A DNA stretch of 64,000 nucleotides from assembly GCA_951406725.2 (NCBI GenBank), contig OX597827.1, forward strand, positions 68,882,001 to 68,946,000. The letters run 5' to 3'. Shown here piece by piece: positions 24,621 to 39,338 of this stretch (positions are counted from its first letter, which is position 1; each line of letters opens with the position of its first letter). A program made the position numbers and the translations under genes. The notes beneath the pieces were generated by a model, which saw nothing but the letters and a program-made list of their open reading frames with translations, was not told where the DNA came from and ran no database searches. This DNA is from Octopus vulgaris. Lineage: Eukaryota.

Positions 24621-25014
24621 GCAGGAGTGGCTGTGTGGTAACTAACCAACCACTTGGTTCCAGGTTCAGTCCCACTGCGTGGCATCTTGGGCAAGTGTCT
24701 TCTGCTATAGCCCCGGGCCTACCAATGCCTTGTGAGTGGATTTGGTAGACGGAAACTGAAAGAAGCCTGTCGTATATATACATATATATATATATATATG
24801 TGTGTGTGTTTGTGTGTGTGTGTTTGTCCCCCTAGCATTGCTTGACAACCAATGCTAGGTGTGTTTACATCCCCGTCACTTAGCGGTTCGGCAAAAGAGA
24901 CCGATAGAATAAGTACTGGGCTTACAAAGAATAAGTCCCCGGGTGTCGATTTGCTCGACTAAAGGCGGTGCTCCAGCATGGCCACAGTCAAATGACTGAA
25001 ACAAGTAAAAGAGT
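24621..25014 (+). mobile_element. Family-A SINE, young full-length copy inside a (TA)n/(CA)n tract
   Basis: gcaggagtggctgtgtggta...gaaacaagtaaaagagta, CpG-rich. Confidence 0.88.
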
Positions 25015-25103
25015 ATACACACACACACACACACACACAAGGATGGCAATCAGATATAACTAATTAGTTGTTTATGGTGGGCACTCGCTGAAGCAAATAA
25101 ATT

Positions 25104-25161
<58 letters not shown>

Positions 25162-25399
25162 GAAATTTATTAGAAAATAATGTCCACACCTTAAAACAAG
25201 CAAAAATTTCTGGTCTTGCCTCAAGCAGGAAACACCAATTCAGAGATGAGAAAGAAAGGAAAGAAAGAAAGAAGAATGACTAAGACCAGAACAGAAAGCA
25301 CGAAGGAGAAAAGGCAAGATTTAAGAAAGAAGAAGAGGACAAGGACTTCTGCAAGGTTTTATCAATGGAGAAAAAAACATGTATAAATAATGATATATA

Positions 25400-25527
25400 C
25401 CGGATTTTAACATGTATAAGGAACCCCCTAATTTTTTGGGACTATCCATGTATAAGAAACTCCCATTTTTTTTTTTTAAATCTAATTTTTGACAAAAAAA
25501 GGGTTCTTTATACACATTTCGATACAG
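25400..25527. mobile_element. Small pogo-like MITE
   Basis: ta|ccggattttaacatgtataaggaaccc ... gggttctttatacacatttcgatacag|ta, imperfect TIRs. Confidence 0.5.
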
Positions 25528-26088
25528 TAGTTTCCTATTTCTTTCTTTGGTTTAGGAAGGGCATCCAGCTGTAGAAACTCTGCCAGATCAAGATTGAAGC
25601 CTGGTGCAGCCATCTGGTTCGCCAGCCCTCAGTCATTCGTCCAACCCATGCTAGCATGGAAAGCGGACGTTAAACGATGATGATGATGATGATAATGATG
25701 ATTGTCTTCTTCCATATGTTTATCTTGACATCTTTTACTTGCTTCAGTCCCTGGAATGTGGCCTTATTGAATAGATCAACCCCAGTATTTATTATGGATG
25801 GAGATAATTACATACATGTGTGTGTTTGCATCATTATCATTGTTTTAATGTCCATTTTTCTATGCTTGCATGGGTTGGACAAAATTTTTTTCTGAGGCAC
25901 ATATTTTATGGCTGGGTGCTTTTCCTGTCACCAACCCTCACCTGTTTTCAGGTAAAGCAATATTTTCTTTAGGTCAGGCAATGTTTTCCACTGAACCCTG
26001 GAAATGAACGACATTGCAGGAAGAGCATCTGGCTTGTGAGTGGATTTGGTAGATGGAAATTGAAAGAAGCCCATCATGTGTGTGTATG

Positions 26089-26127
<39 letters not shown>

Positions 26128-26439
26128 GGCTTCTTTCAGTTACCATCTACCAAATCTACTCACAAGGCTTTGGTCAGCCCAAGGCTATAGTAGAAGACAC
26201 TTGCTCAAGGTGCCACACAGTGGGACTGAACCTGGAACCATGTGGTAAGGAAGCAAGCTTCTTACCACACAGCCACTCCCATATGTCTGTATGCCTCCCC
26301 CACTCCAAATCACCACTTGACAACTAGTCTTGGTGTGTTTATATCACCATAACTTAGTGGTTCAGCAAAAGAGTGCAACAGAATAAGAACCAGGCTTTAA
26401 AAAATAAGTAGTGGAGTTCATTTAACTGGGTTTTTTTTT

Positions 26440-27050
26440 ACTTGCTTCAGTCATTTGACTCTGGCCATGCTGGAGCACTGCCTTTTAGTCGGGCAAATCG
26501 ACCTCAGGACTTATTCTTTGTAAGCTGAGTACTTATTCTATTGGTCTCTCTTGCTGAGCCACTAACTGACAGGGATGTAAACACACCAGCAACGGTTGTT
26601 AAGCAAAGTTGGGGGGACAAACACAGACACACAAACACACACATATATATATATATGTGGTAGAAACGTTAGCACGCCGGGCGAAATTCGTAGCCGTATT
26701 TCGTCTGTCGTTACGTTCCGAGTTCAAATTCCGCCGAGGTCGACTTTGCCTTTCATCCTTTCGGGGTCGATAAATTAAGTACCAGTTACGCACTGGGGTC
26801 GATGTAGTCGACTTAATCCCTTTGTCTGTCCTTGTTTGTCCCCTCTGTGTTTAGCCCCTTGTGGGTAGTAAAGAAATATATATATATATACACAACGAGC
26901 TTCTTTCAGTTTCCGTCTACCAAATCCACTCACAAGGCTTTGGTCGGCCCGAGGTTATAGTAGAAGACACTTGCCCAAGGTGCCACGCAGTGGGACTCAA
27001 CCCGGAACCATGTGGTTGGTAAGCAAGCTACTTACCACACAGCCACTCCA
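26440..27050 (-). mobile_element. Family-A SINE with a family-B SINE (26658-26876, +) inserted in its central (TA)n
   Basis: The A sequence breaks at atatatatat, continues as family-B sequence, then resumes at atatatatacacaacgagcttctttc. Confidence 0.82.
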
Positions 27051-27469
27051 AGGTGGTGCTCCAGCATGACCACAGTCAAATGACAAACAAGTAAAAGAGT
27101 AAATAAGCATTGTATTCATCAGAATAACCTGAATCCTGAAGGGTTCAACCAATATTTACATTCTATTATTATTAATACCTTATCTACTTTGAGATTTCCT
27201 GTTCGTGTGTGTGTGTGTGTGTGTGTACACCAGTACAAGACAGGATGGCCACAGCTGGAATCCCATTAATCATTGATCTCTCCAATCAGACAGCTACAAT
27301 GTCACTATCGTAATCAGCATTAGGATTGCATAAAAGCTCCCACACCTGCTGGGTGAGAATGGTAGCATCCACCACCCAGCCATTCCCAATCAATGCCTCC
27401 AAGCTTAGAATAACTCTTCTGCATAGCTTTCACTCCTACACAACCACAAAGAACACCAATACCGCAATC

Positions 27470-27955
27470 AGCAAGGGAAGTCACAAGCCACTCTGTGGTT
27501 GCTTGATCTGCTAGAAATAGCAACCAAATCTTCATTCATATCACACACCCTATTCATTGCCTTTTCAGAAAGGAAGTCACAAGTCGCTCTGTGGTTGCTT
27601 GATCTGCTAGAAATAGCAACCAAATCTTCATTTATATCACACACCCCATTCACTGTCTTTTCAGAAAGGAAGTCACAAGCCGCTCTGTGGTTGCTTGATC
27701 TGTTACAAATAGCAACCAAATCTTCATTTATATCACACACCCCATTCACCGTCTTTTCAGAAAGGAAGTCACAAGCCACTCTGTGGTTGCTTGATCTGCT
27801 TGAAATAGCAACCAAATCTTCATTCATATCACACACCCCATTCATTGTCTTTTCAGAAAGGAAGTCACAAGCCGCTCTGTGGTTGCTTGATCTGTTAGAA
27901 ATAGCAACCAAATCCCCTTCATATCACACAGCCTATTCATCATCTTTTCAGGAAG
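27470..27955 (+). repeat. 96-bp minisatellite, five copies, derived from the family-E repeat
   Basis: tcacaag recurs at 27481, 27577, 27673, 27769 and 27865. Confidence 0.92.
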
Positions 27956-28674
27956 CCCGCATTTGAACAATATGACCTTAGATTTCCTGCACACACAGAA
28001 TGAATGATCATGGTTTTCATGCTTTCGATCCAGGTCTGTCTGCTATGTCATGGATGACCTGGGGCTAAACACCACCACCACCACCACCACCAATCCATTT
28101 TCAACCTTCTACTCCTCCCCTGCAACCTCTTCCAACATTCTTCACCACAAAATCATCCCAGGAGGTGAATCAGTAGGTGGGTTTGGTGTTTAAGTACTAA
28201 GTAACCAGTCGGTCTCAGTCTAATGAGCAAACAGAAACAAACACACCCTCACAAATCTCAACAATGATACCACCCACCACCACCACCACCACCACCATTG
28301 ACACCCACCACCACCATCAACACCCACCAGCACCTTTTGTTGCTGTTGTTATTGTTGTTTTATTTCTCCCTATAGCTTTCTTTCTACACATCACCTTACA
28401 CCATATCCATGTACCACCACCACCACCTTACATTAGCCCAGACAGACACACACACATACACACACACAAATTTCCTTAATTTCCACCATAGTCTAACAGA
28501 AGCACCCCCACCCCACTCCCATTGCTACCCACCACCCTCACCCTCACCACCACCACCACCACCACTTCCCAGCAATCAAGGAAACAAGGCTCCACCATAA
28601 TCTCACCATAATCTCAAATACATAGACATAGAAAGACACAAATCAAAAAGCAAAGTAAATAGTGTGTGTGTGTA

Positions 28675-28721
<47 letters not shown>

Positions 28722-28859
28722 TTAGGTCACATGCCTCTGTTTTTCCCAAAATATTTATATACACCCTATATATCTTACCGCTCAAAGCCTAACCAAAAGG
28801 TCACAGTATCATAACACCATTCAGCACACATTAACATACAACATATTGTGCGTGCGCAT

Positions 28860-28890
28860 GTGTGTGTACATGCACATACACACATCTATC

Positions 28891-28922
<32 letters not shown>

Positions 28923-29200
28923 CACACATCTACATACATACATATACACACATCTACATACATACATACATATACACACATCTATATACATACATACCTG
29001 CATATACATACATCTACATACATACATACTTGCATATACACACATACATACACATCTACATACATACATACTTGCATATACACACATACATACACATCTA
29101 CATACATACATACATACACACACATCTACATACATACATACACACACATACATATACACACATCTACATACACACACACATACATACATACATATGTATC
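28860..29200. repeat. (CATA/CA)n compound microsatellite
   Basis: Directly visible; similar tracts at 36380-36950 and 59545-60620. Confidence 0.9.
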
Positions 29201-31479
29201 TTGTGTGTCTGTATGTATACATACCTGTTTATATGTGTACAGACGTGTTTATATATACATATATACTGCAGTGTATGTGAGTATACACATCAATTTGCAT
29301 CCAGGGGGGTATATTGCACAGACATACACACAAATCATTATTTAATGTCCGTTTTTCCATGCTGGCATGGGTTGGACGGTTTGACAGGACCCTGCAAAGC
29401 TGCAAAGTTGTGTGTGCATGTATCACACACAACACACACATACATGTATATAGACATTCGCAGAGATGTTTGCATGCCTAGCTGTGCTTTATGCAAGAAT
29501 TTCTGTGTGTGTGCAAGTATGTGTATTCATATACGACCTGAACGAAAACAAAAAAAAAACACAAAAAAACAAACTGAGACCTGACAGATCAAGTTTACTT
29601 ATGACCTTTGGATAAGCAACCTTAGCATATTTTAGAGAGAGTGGGAGTTATGCTGTGTCAGGGAAGAAGAGGAGGAGGAGGAGGAGGAGAATGTTGGATG
29701 GAATCTGATTGGGATGTTAAAGGAAGCATAAACATCAGCTTCACTTCAAGAGAAGCACTTGTGTGTGTATGTGTGTGTGTGTGTGTGTGTGTATGTGTGT
29801 GTGTGTACGTGTGTGTACATGTGTGCATATCTAGGTGTGTGTGTGTGTGTGTGGAGAGAGGGAGAGAGTGTCACTCATGTGTGGATGTGGATAAGGATAT
29901 ATATCTCTGTGTGTGTGTGTATGTATGTGTGTGTGTATATATATATATACACACACACATACTCTGAAGGCCCCCACCCCCATGATGAACACTAAAAGTT
30001 TCAATAACCTATCTCTTTCTTCTTTCTCAAACTTGTTGCTGTTGCTATTTAGCCCTGGGTCAGCCCTGATTGAGAAGGCCAATAAACAAAAGCATTACAA
30101 CTATGACCGACTGGCCTTTATCTTTTAGTTATTTCAGTCACTGGACAGCAGCCATGCAGGGGCAGCACCTTGAAAGCTTCAGTCAAAACTTATCAAACCA
30201 AGTAGATTTTTTTTTTTCTTAAGCCTGGTACTTATTCTATTGGTCTCTTTTGCTGAACTGCTCAGTCACAGGGATATAAACAAACCAACACTAGTTGCCA
30301 AGCAATGGTGATGGACAGACACAGATATACACACACAGACACATGGCTTCTTTCAGATTCCGTCTTCCAAATCCACTCAAAAGGCTTTAATCAACTTCAG
30401 GCTATAGTAGAAGATGCTTGCCCAAGGTGCTATATAGTAGGACAGAACCTGAAACCATGTGGTTGGAAAGCAGGTGTCTTACCACACAGCCATACCTGTG
30501 CATATGGAAAGTCTTAAAACACGTGCGAGATACACAAGGTAAACCATGAGTCAGCAATCTTTCAAATACTGAGTACTAAAGTCAATGAGAACCATGGTCA
30601 TTTGAAAAGAGCAGCCAAATCTCCCTCATATCACACCCTAACATCTTACATAGAGAATGGACACATTTGACAATATGGTCCTTCATATTACTAAGAAAAC
30701 AGAATGGTCACAGCTGGAATGTCTCAGATCAGGGTTGACTGGAAAAAAGATTGACAGCAGCTTTGAATAATTTAGAGAATAAGGGTCTTGGACACTTAAA
30801 TATTCAACAAAGATGTCCTGTATTCTTGGTTAAATTCCTTGATAAATTTATACCATTTTTACAGACGGAAAAAAAGGGGGTGAAATGGGAAAAATGTGGT
30901 CCTTTCAGATAATATGCCAGCCACTTTAGAACTAAACAATTCTTCAAAGCCACAATTTACCTGGCCAAGTCATGAGCCAATATATGTAAAAATGAGAAAT
31001 GGTCAGAGAAGCTAGAGAGAGGAGGGCTACATAAGAAGCAAAAGTCCAACTGGATCCTGACTCGGCAATTACATGCCCCCACCACCACCACCACCACCAC
31101 CACTGTAATCATAGATTGTATGTCGATGTTGGCCTTAATAAGTCACTTCAGGACTCACAAAGCATAAAGCCATAAATCAGGTCATCTTCAGAGAAATGAA
31201 GGATGAATGACACCTTGTAAGCAAATACCAGGCCCTTCTAAGTTATATACAAAGAATTAATCTTTCCAATGTATCAACATCGTTAGACTCAATCACTGAC
31301 TTATCTACCCCATCTCCAGGTTTAAAAGAAATTCTGCTTCATTCTTGAATATTAATAGTCCAACCCGTGCTAGCGCGGAAAACGGACGTTAAACGATGAT
31401 GATGATGATGATACACTATTTGTACTCATGTATTAAGTCACAAGATTAGTTGTTCTGACCACCTTCTTGCATGGCTCAG

Positions 31480-32060
31480 ATTTGCAGGTCAACTATTAAT
31501 ACCACTTACAACTCTTTGAGCAAGTCCATCAGTGCTACCTTTGCATTTTCCTCAGCATCCACTGGGGTGGCTTTGTTACTAACATTAAAACATTAAGATC
31601 CCAGAGCAGTAAAAGACCACCAGTATCAAAGCAGTTCTGCAACATGTCCTGTCCAACTACACTGGGCAGGACATGTTGCCAGGATGGAGGATCATTGACT
31701 TCTCAAGAACACACTGTATCATAAACTCTCCTCTGGTCACTGTGAAAGAAGAGCACTAAAAAGGTACCAAGACTCCCTATAAATTCCCTTGGTTCCAGCC
31801 ACACTGATCACACCAGTGGCCTGTTCTTGCTACTGTTCATGAAACCTGGCATCTCACTGTCCTCTGGGCATCAGCCTCTTTTAAAGACACTTGCAGAACC
31901 ATCCTTGCAGACAAGAGGGAACAAAGAGGGGGAAAAAGGGGAACAAAGACCAACCCTGGTCAGTCTATTTTCCCATGCAATCTCTGAAGTCATGCCTGCT
32001 TGTCCCAAATTGGACTCGAATGGCATTAGCTGGCCAGCAACAAACATGGACATTCTTTTC
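31480..32060 (+). mobile_element. Decayed RTE LINE 3' region
   Basis: LHWAGHVARMEDH*LLKNTLYHKLSSGHCERRALKRYQDSL resembles RTE LRWAGHVVRMPDHRLPKQLLYGEL..GKR.RG.PKKRYKDTL. Confidence 0.78.
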
Positions 32061-33340
32061 CATGAATCTTCACTCATGAAGCCAAGCCAAAAAAGCAAAA
32101 ACAAAAAGAGAGAGAGAGTGAAGTATGGGCTTGTGTATAAGTTGCACACCTAATTTAGTTTTAAATCTCGGTACACAATTTATTCCCGTCATATTCTTGT
32201 CGCATGTTTTAAGTTCCGCCCAAGGTTTTTTTTTTTCTTTTTAGTTCAAATCAAGTATAAAAGAGCAAAATACTCTCTGTTGAATGGAGAAGAATTTGGA
32301 TACAAAAATATAAAATGAAACATGCAGATGTCTACTTCTTGTAATCCATATGCCTTGTAATCTCAGTTAGACTCCTTGGCAACCATACCATTTTGCATAG
32401 CAAACAACCAACCAAAACCAAAACCCAAAAAAAAAACCAAAGAAAAACTCACATCAAGTGAGTAAAGTAATGGATTACTAATTCATAAGGTTTGAAATTC
32501 AAATCCACAGCAAACATTCCACTGTGTCTCTGGAGAGAGTACAAATGAATTCTACAATGCTTCAGTTTACAAAGTCAGGAATAGCTATGTTGATAGATAT
32601 ACCAAATTTTTCTGAAAAAGTCGCAATTGGTAATGAACTAGCTTCTTATCCAGATGAACTTATCTCCCTCTTCTTCACCCACTTGGTCATGCTCTCCAGT
32701 TACATGTCATTAAATTGAACTCTGATGACTGACCTTAACTGCCAGAAACCATGAAAATGCAAATGTGTGGGTATATATGTATGACAATGTTTGACTCACA
32801 CAACTGCAGGATCCACATTTAATTAAACAAGGTAACACAAGATGCCACAATTCAACATAAAATAGACACTGGCATATATACAAGAGGGTGCTGGTAAGTT
32901 CCTGGATTTAAGGGTACCATGAAAGGTAACATAAATCACTGGACTTTCAATTTTTTAATTTTCAATTCTATTTTGTTTTATTATTTAATCTTGAAAATTT
33001 GTTGCCCCCATGCACATCCCCTCCCCACCCCTGATTTCCTACAACCCTAATAATCTTAAAGCCCCTATTTTCTTAAACACTGATTTTCATGAAACATTGA
33101 TATTGTGCACACACACCCCCACCTTTTTTTTAAACTGACACTTCATGTATCCTAACAATCACATTTTTACAGAGGTCCCAGCTTGGTACAAAGTTCAAAT
33201 CTCACCCTGTCACCATAATACAACACTTGTCAGGAGTCTTGAGATGATACAAGCAATTTGAAAAAGAAAAAAAAGCGAAGTCTCTTTGGTACAATCAAAA
33301 TGCCCCCACTACCATCATAAATCATTTTATATATACACAC

Positions 33341-33372
<32 letters not shown>

Positions 33373-33377
<5 letters not shown>

Positions 33378-33718
33378 ATGGTATTATTAAAATAGCATCA
33401 CAAGTGGCAAGCGAATTATTAGCTGTACAGGCAAATTAATAAAATATATACATACAATATTAGATATGTACATATATACACAAGGGCACTAAGTCAAAAG
33501 TACTTGTGTATATATGTACATATCTAATATTGTATGTGTATATATATATATAGGGATGGTATTATTAAAATAGCATCACAAGTGGCAAGCAAATTATTAG
33601 CTGTACAGGCAAATTAATAAAATATATACATACAATAATAGATATGTACATATATACACAAGGGCACTAAGTCAAAAGTACTTGTGTATATATGTACATA
33701 TCTAATATTGTATGTATA

Positions 33719-33728
<10 letters not shown>
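33373..33728. repeat. 178-bp tandem duplication, each unit holding a 35-bp-stem hairpin
   Basis: tagggatggtatt at 33373 and 33551; arms 33450-33484 and 33503-33537 are exact reverse complements. Confidence 0.92.
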
Positions 33729-33753
<25 letters not shown>

Positions 33754-33963
33754 CTTACACATATGCATAATATTTACACACATATACATGTATATACAAA
33801 CACACATATACATAAGCGTCTTTCAGTTTCTGCCTACGAAATCTACTCATAAGGCTATAGTAGAAGATACTTGCTCAAGGTGTGCGAGTCAGTGGGACTA
33901 AACGCAAAAAAATGTGATTGAGAACCAGATTTCTTCACCACAAAGCCAAGCCTGCACCTTACA

Positions 33964-34024
<61 letters not shown>

Positions 34025-34549
34025 TGCATACATCAATTAGCTTCTGTACAGCTTCCATCTACGGAATCCCACTCACAAGGTTTGGTCAGCCTGAGGTGAC
34101 AGAAGACATTTTCAAAGCCAAGTGTGTACATGCCAACCAGCAATACCGATAAAACATGAAACCAGATTCCTAAAACAACCAACTATTTACACAAAGATTA
34201 AAATAAATCATTCATGTCCTCAACTCCATCCACCCCCATCTCTGGACACAAAAGCCTCTCAGCAGTAACCATGGCTACACAGCATCATGGTGGTGACAAA
34301 GGAAGTTCTTGTCTCTGGGATGAAGTTTGTTTCTCTGACCAATCACCATCATCATTATGAGCATCACAATCATTTTATGTCCATTTTCCATGCTGGCATG
34401 GGTTAGACAGGCTGTGGTTCAAATTGGTTCTTTTTAGGGATTACTACTCACCAAGATGGGTTAGAGGTCTAAGTTTGCATTGGCTTCTTAAAAATTATTT
34501 TGTCTCAAGACATGAAGAAATTCAACATAAATACACACTGGCATATATA

Positions 34550-34769
34550 CAAGAGGGTGCTGGAAAGTTCCTAGTTTTAAGGATATCATGAAAGGCCTTG
34601 ATGGAGGCCCAAACTTCCAAGTCCTTTCACAGGACTTAGAAACACTGAATGACCACGGCAATAAGTGAGTGAATCTGAGAAGGGAATATGTTGAATAAAA
34701 TCATAATTAACTCTGATCCTCTTGTATTTTCTTTTACCCAAAGCCAAGAACTTTTCAGCACCCCCTCGC
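34550..34769. mobile_element. mariner-like MITE
   Basis: TIRs caagagggtgctggaaagttcc / aacttttcagcaccccctcg. Further ends at 32881, 34787 and 48577-49429. Confidence 0.7.
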
Positions 34770-35049
34770 ATGTGTGCGTGCGCAAACAAGGGGTTGCTGA
34801 AAAGTTCCTGGTTTTAAGTGATAGCAAAGCAAACTTCATGCACCCATACTTTCACTTTTCTCTCCTGCAAAGGTTTTCTAAAGTAAGTAGCAGCAAGATA
34901 CAGAAAACGGTTTGGAAATTTGTGAAGCTTCAGTGTCTTTTGACACACTTGGAACACTTTGTGTCCCTCTAAAATGATGGTGCCTTCACTTTTGTTGTGG
35001 TCCATCTTTGGTCAAGTCCCTTAACGGCCATCGAGGGTGTATAGCCTCT

Positions 35050-36070
35050 CTAGTGAAGATGCTATGATAAAAATGCATCCAAAACATGATTGGAAAGAAG
35101 ACATATAAATAACCTGGATGTGGTCCAGACCCCTTAGAGTGTAAGATATTAAGGGCCAAAAAACTTACTTGAGTAGGGTTTCTTCTCTAAAGACCTGCTG
35201 CTGCTGCTCAACTCTCTTGACAATTTCTTACCACTCCCATTTATTATATACACCAAAGTTCAGGGAAATAAAACGACTCAAAGTTTCCGATTTCAATCCC
35301 CACTAAAGGTAGCATTTAAAAAAAACAAGCAGGGAGACACAAATGAGTCTTGACCAAGGAGGGCCCAGCTCCTTTGGAGTGTCAGGAACAGGCTGAAACA
35401 CTAGCCTGATGGGAATCTTTCTTCTGAAAATTTTTCTTGCTGTCTGCTCACTCCACAAGTTCAATCCTCGTGAAAGGTAGCATTTCAAAAACAGCAGGAG
35501 AACATCTAGGACCATGACATAAGTGCGCCCAGCTAACTTAGAGTGTCAGGAATTAATAGGCCAAATAACTAGCTTGATGGAAGTTCTTCCTCTGGAAATT
35601 TCTCCTGCTGTCTTAGAGCAAATTTCTACTTATAATACAATTAGCTATGAAAGTTCAAATGAAGATGTATGTACACGCATAAATTTTAAAAAACAGACAG
35701 AAAAGAAAGAGAAATGAGCTCTTTTACTATTCAACGATTGCATAACTGCTCTTTTCTGCTCTAAACTGGAAATAAGATCATCAACCAAAAGTTCCAAGTT
35801 CAATCTTCACAAAGGGTGGCATTTCGAAAACGGGCCCAGCTCTCAAAGTGTCGGGGATTACGAGGCCAAAACACTGATTTGACAAGAGCTCTTCTGAAGA
35901 TTTCTCCTGCTGCCTTACAGCAAATTTCTACTTACAATTCAATTAGCTGTCAAGTTCAAATGAAGATGAATGTAACACCCCAAAATTTTTTTTTAAATCA
36001 GACAGAAAAAACACAAAAAAAACAGCAACGAGCTCTTTTACTCCTAGTGATTCTGTAAACTGCTCTTTAC
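35050..36070. repeat. Old degenerate tandem repeat, 3-4 diverged units
   Basis: Recurring caagttcaatc..aaaggtagcattt, cccagct..agagtgtcagga, atttctcctgctg and aagttcaaatgaagatg blocks. Confidence 0.6.
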
Positions 36071-36285
36071 TAGTTTGACATTATAATAAAGCAGCAATTT
36101 ATAAAACAGTAAAGATCTCACAGCAACACAGAAAATTATATGTAAGATGATTCCCACTGAATCGTATCAGTGACCCAGTTTCAATAGGCTATTAGAACCG
36201 ACTTCCCTTCGTTACAGCTATATTGCTTCTGGGAAAAGTTAGTCTGTAATAAATGGATAATATTTAAAGTATTGTGTATATGCAC

Positions 36286-36323
<38 letters not shown>

Positions 36324-36455
36324 AGGATTTTAAAAAATTATTAACTGTTCCTTGAGTTTCAACACAAAGTACTATAGACTTATGCACACACATACACGTA
36401 TGTCAACTCATACATATGCCAACACCTACCTACATACACCAACATATACATACAT

Positions 36456-36489
<34 letters not shown>

Positions 36490-37627
36490 CACATATACAT
36501 ACACACACGCACAAACACGTACATGCATGCACATGCACACCGACATACATACCCGTGCATGCACACCAACACATACATAAACGTGCACGCACACCAACAC
36601 ATACATAAACGTGCACGCACACCGACATATGTACACGCGCACACACACCAACACATGTACAAGCACACACATACACACGTGTAAGTACACACACATACAC
36701 CAGTACATACAAACACGCACACACACACACACACACCAACACACACACATACACCAACACAGACATGCATACACACCCACACACACCAATACATTTATAC
36801 ACACACGCTCACACTAACACATACACACCAACACTTACATACATGTCAACACACACCAACACGTGTGTGTGTATATATATATATATATATACACATACAA
36901 GCACACACATTCACACATGCAGGAACACATAACATACATACACACACAAAAAAAATAAACTAAACCATAACATACCTAAAACCCCCAAACTTCCTAATTA
37001 AACAGTAACTAATTAATTATACCCACAATGAAGGGTGAGACAAGAGAAACCACCCTACCAACCATGACTACCACCACCAACACACCACCTAAGGATTAAC
37101 TTTCCGTTGCTATGCAACATAGATTTAAGACTGACAATGACACACACACACACACACACACACAAATTTACAAGAATGTGTATGTGTGTGTGTGTGTGAA
37201 TGTGTAGGCGTGTCTGTGTCAACGTGTGTGTAGATGTGTGTGTGTGTGTGTGTGTGATGCGTATATGTATATATTGAAATGTTTAAGCATGTGGGAGTTG
37301 GTGTGAAAGATGGAATGTGTGTCTATTAGCTAGTCTTTGTGTGCGTGTGAGTTGGTTAGTCTGTATATGTGATGTCAATGTATTAGTGTATGATTATGAC
37401 TATGCATATATGTATTGGTACATTTGTGCTGGTATGTCTATGCGCATGTATTGGTCTGTGTGTTGTTATATCTATGTATGCATGTGTGCACTGGTATGTC
37501 TATGTATGTGTGTGTTTGTATGACTATATGTATATGTGCAAGTTGGTATGTCTATGGATATGTGTGTGCCTATGTAATGTGTCTACATAAGTTGGCATGT
37601 TCTTTTATTGGCCACAAGAGCTGTGTG

Positions 37628-37665
<38 letters not shown>

Positions 37666-38640
37666 TGGGGTCTGGGAAGCCAGAAGGCTGCACAAGGCCC
37701 AGTCTGATCTGGCAATGTTTCTACGGGTAGATGCCCTTCCTAACACCAACCACTCCATGAGTGTAGTGAGTGCTTTTTACATGCCACCAGCACAGGTGCC
37801 AGACGGGGCTGGCAAATGGCCACGGTCGGATGGTGCCTTCTATGTGCCACCGGCACGGGTGCCAGGCGAGGCTGGCAACGGCCACGATCGGATGGTGCTT
37901 TTTACGTGCCACCGGCACTAATAATAATAATAATAATAGTAATAATATTAAGGAATATTATTCCAAACTTACAGAGAAAAATTCAATTTAGTAACACTAA
38001 ATCAAATTTCACAATATATAATATATGTATATAAATTTGAGAAGAACCACTTTTTATCAATTCAACAATGAAATAACAATGATAAAATTAAATTATACCA
38101 TATATATTGCATGTATGTATGTATATATGTATGTATATGAGTGTGTATAGATATGCCTACACATATGCGTGTTTCTGTGCACAATTGTGTATATCAAAAG
38201 GTATGTGTTGGTCCGTGCTTGTGTGAATGATTGCTTCTTCAATCACGTCAACCACAACAATCACCATCATCATTAGCCACAACAACAAAGCCTAGCAAAA
38301 ATGCAATTCACAAGTGTCTCCAACAATTTGTTTGCCCAGAAAACAATGGGACAGACAACAGTCCATGCTGGTTGCCTTATCAGATAAGGGGAGAGAGAGA
38401 GAGAGAGAGAGTTAGGTATTGCTGGGGTAGACAAACAAACCATCCCTGATCAATAAGGGTAGGTAAATGGGGTGGGCGAGGAAGAAACAAAGAATTCGGA
38501 ATTGTGGGGGAGAAAGACAATAAGTGTCATTTACAGGCATGATTTCATGACAATAACTATTTGCCTGGGCTTTTTAGGTTCTTTTTGCATGTTATAGGGT
38601 GTGAGGGTGTGTGCGTGTGTGTGAAAGAGAGTTTGATTCT

Positions 38641-38683
<43 letters not shown>

Positions 38684-38733
38684 CAGCAGCAGTAGTAGTA
38701 GCGGCGGTGGTGGCAGCAGCAGTAGTAGTAGTG

Positions 38734-38783
<50 letters not shown>

Positions 38784-38850
38784 GGTGGTGGTGGTGGTGG
38801 CAGTAACAGTGGTAGTGGTGATAGGAGTAGAAGTAATAGCAGCAGCAGCA
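38641..38850. repeat. (GTA)/(GTG)/(GCA) compound trinucleotide repeat
   Basis: Directly visible. Confidence 0.92.
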
Positions 38851-39338
38851 ACAGCAATTGTATGGGCAATTGCAGTGCATGTATGTGCAAAGTGCATTTG
38901 GTATGAATTACTGTTCGTGTGTTTACATGAATAAACATGCAAGTATTCATTCCTACGTGCATGCATGTATGAATATATATATATATATATAGAGGATATG
39001 AGAAGAGCAGTGATTATTTGTGTGAGTGTGTGTGTGTGTGTGTGGTTGTATGGTAAGAAGTTTGCTTCCCAGCCAAATGGTTCCTTGAGCCAGTGCCTTC
39101 AACTATGGCCTAGGGCTGAACAAAGCCTCATGGTGCATATGTGTCCGTATCTGTTCATCACCATCACTGAGCAGTTCAACAAAACAGACTGACAGAATAC
39201 AGAACAGTTTTTTTTAAAAAAATGAGATGAGATAAAATAAAATACTGGATTCGATTTTACAGTTCTATATTTAAGAGATGAGGAATTATTTACATTATTT
39301 ACAATTGACGGATATTTGTCCTCATCTTGTTTGTTGTT

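Noticed and set aside
27470-27955. Regularly spaced repeats resembling a CRISPR array
   Set aside because: Whole 96-bp units repeat with no unique spacers; eukaryotic context and no cas genes.
28603-28800. Donor-like sites ATG|gtgaga (about 28607) and GCG|gtaaga (about 28779) on the minus strand
   Set aside because: Isolated donor motifs in microsatellite-rich sequence, with no supporting exon evidence.
32451-32520. Alternative first exon MFAVDLNFKPYELVIHYFTHL ending at GAT|gtgagt
   Set aside because: Phase 2, incompatible with the HR1 exon, and no homology support.
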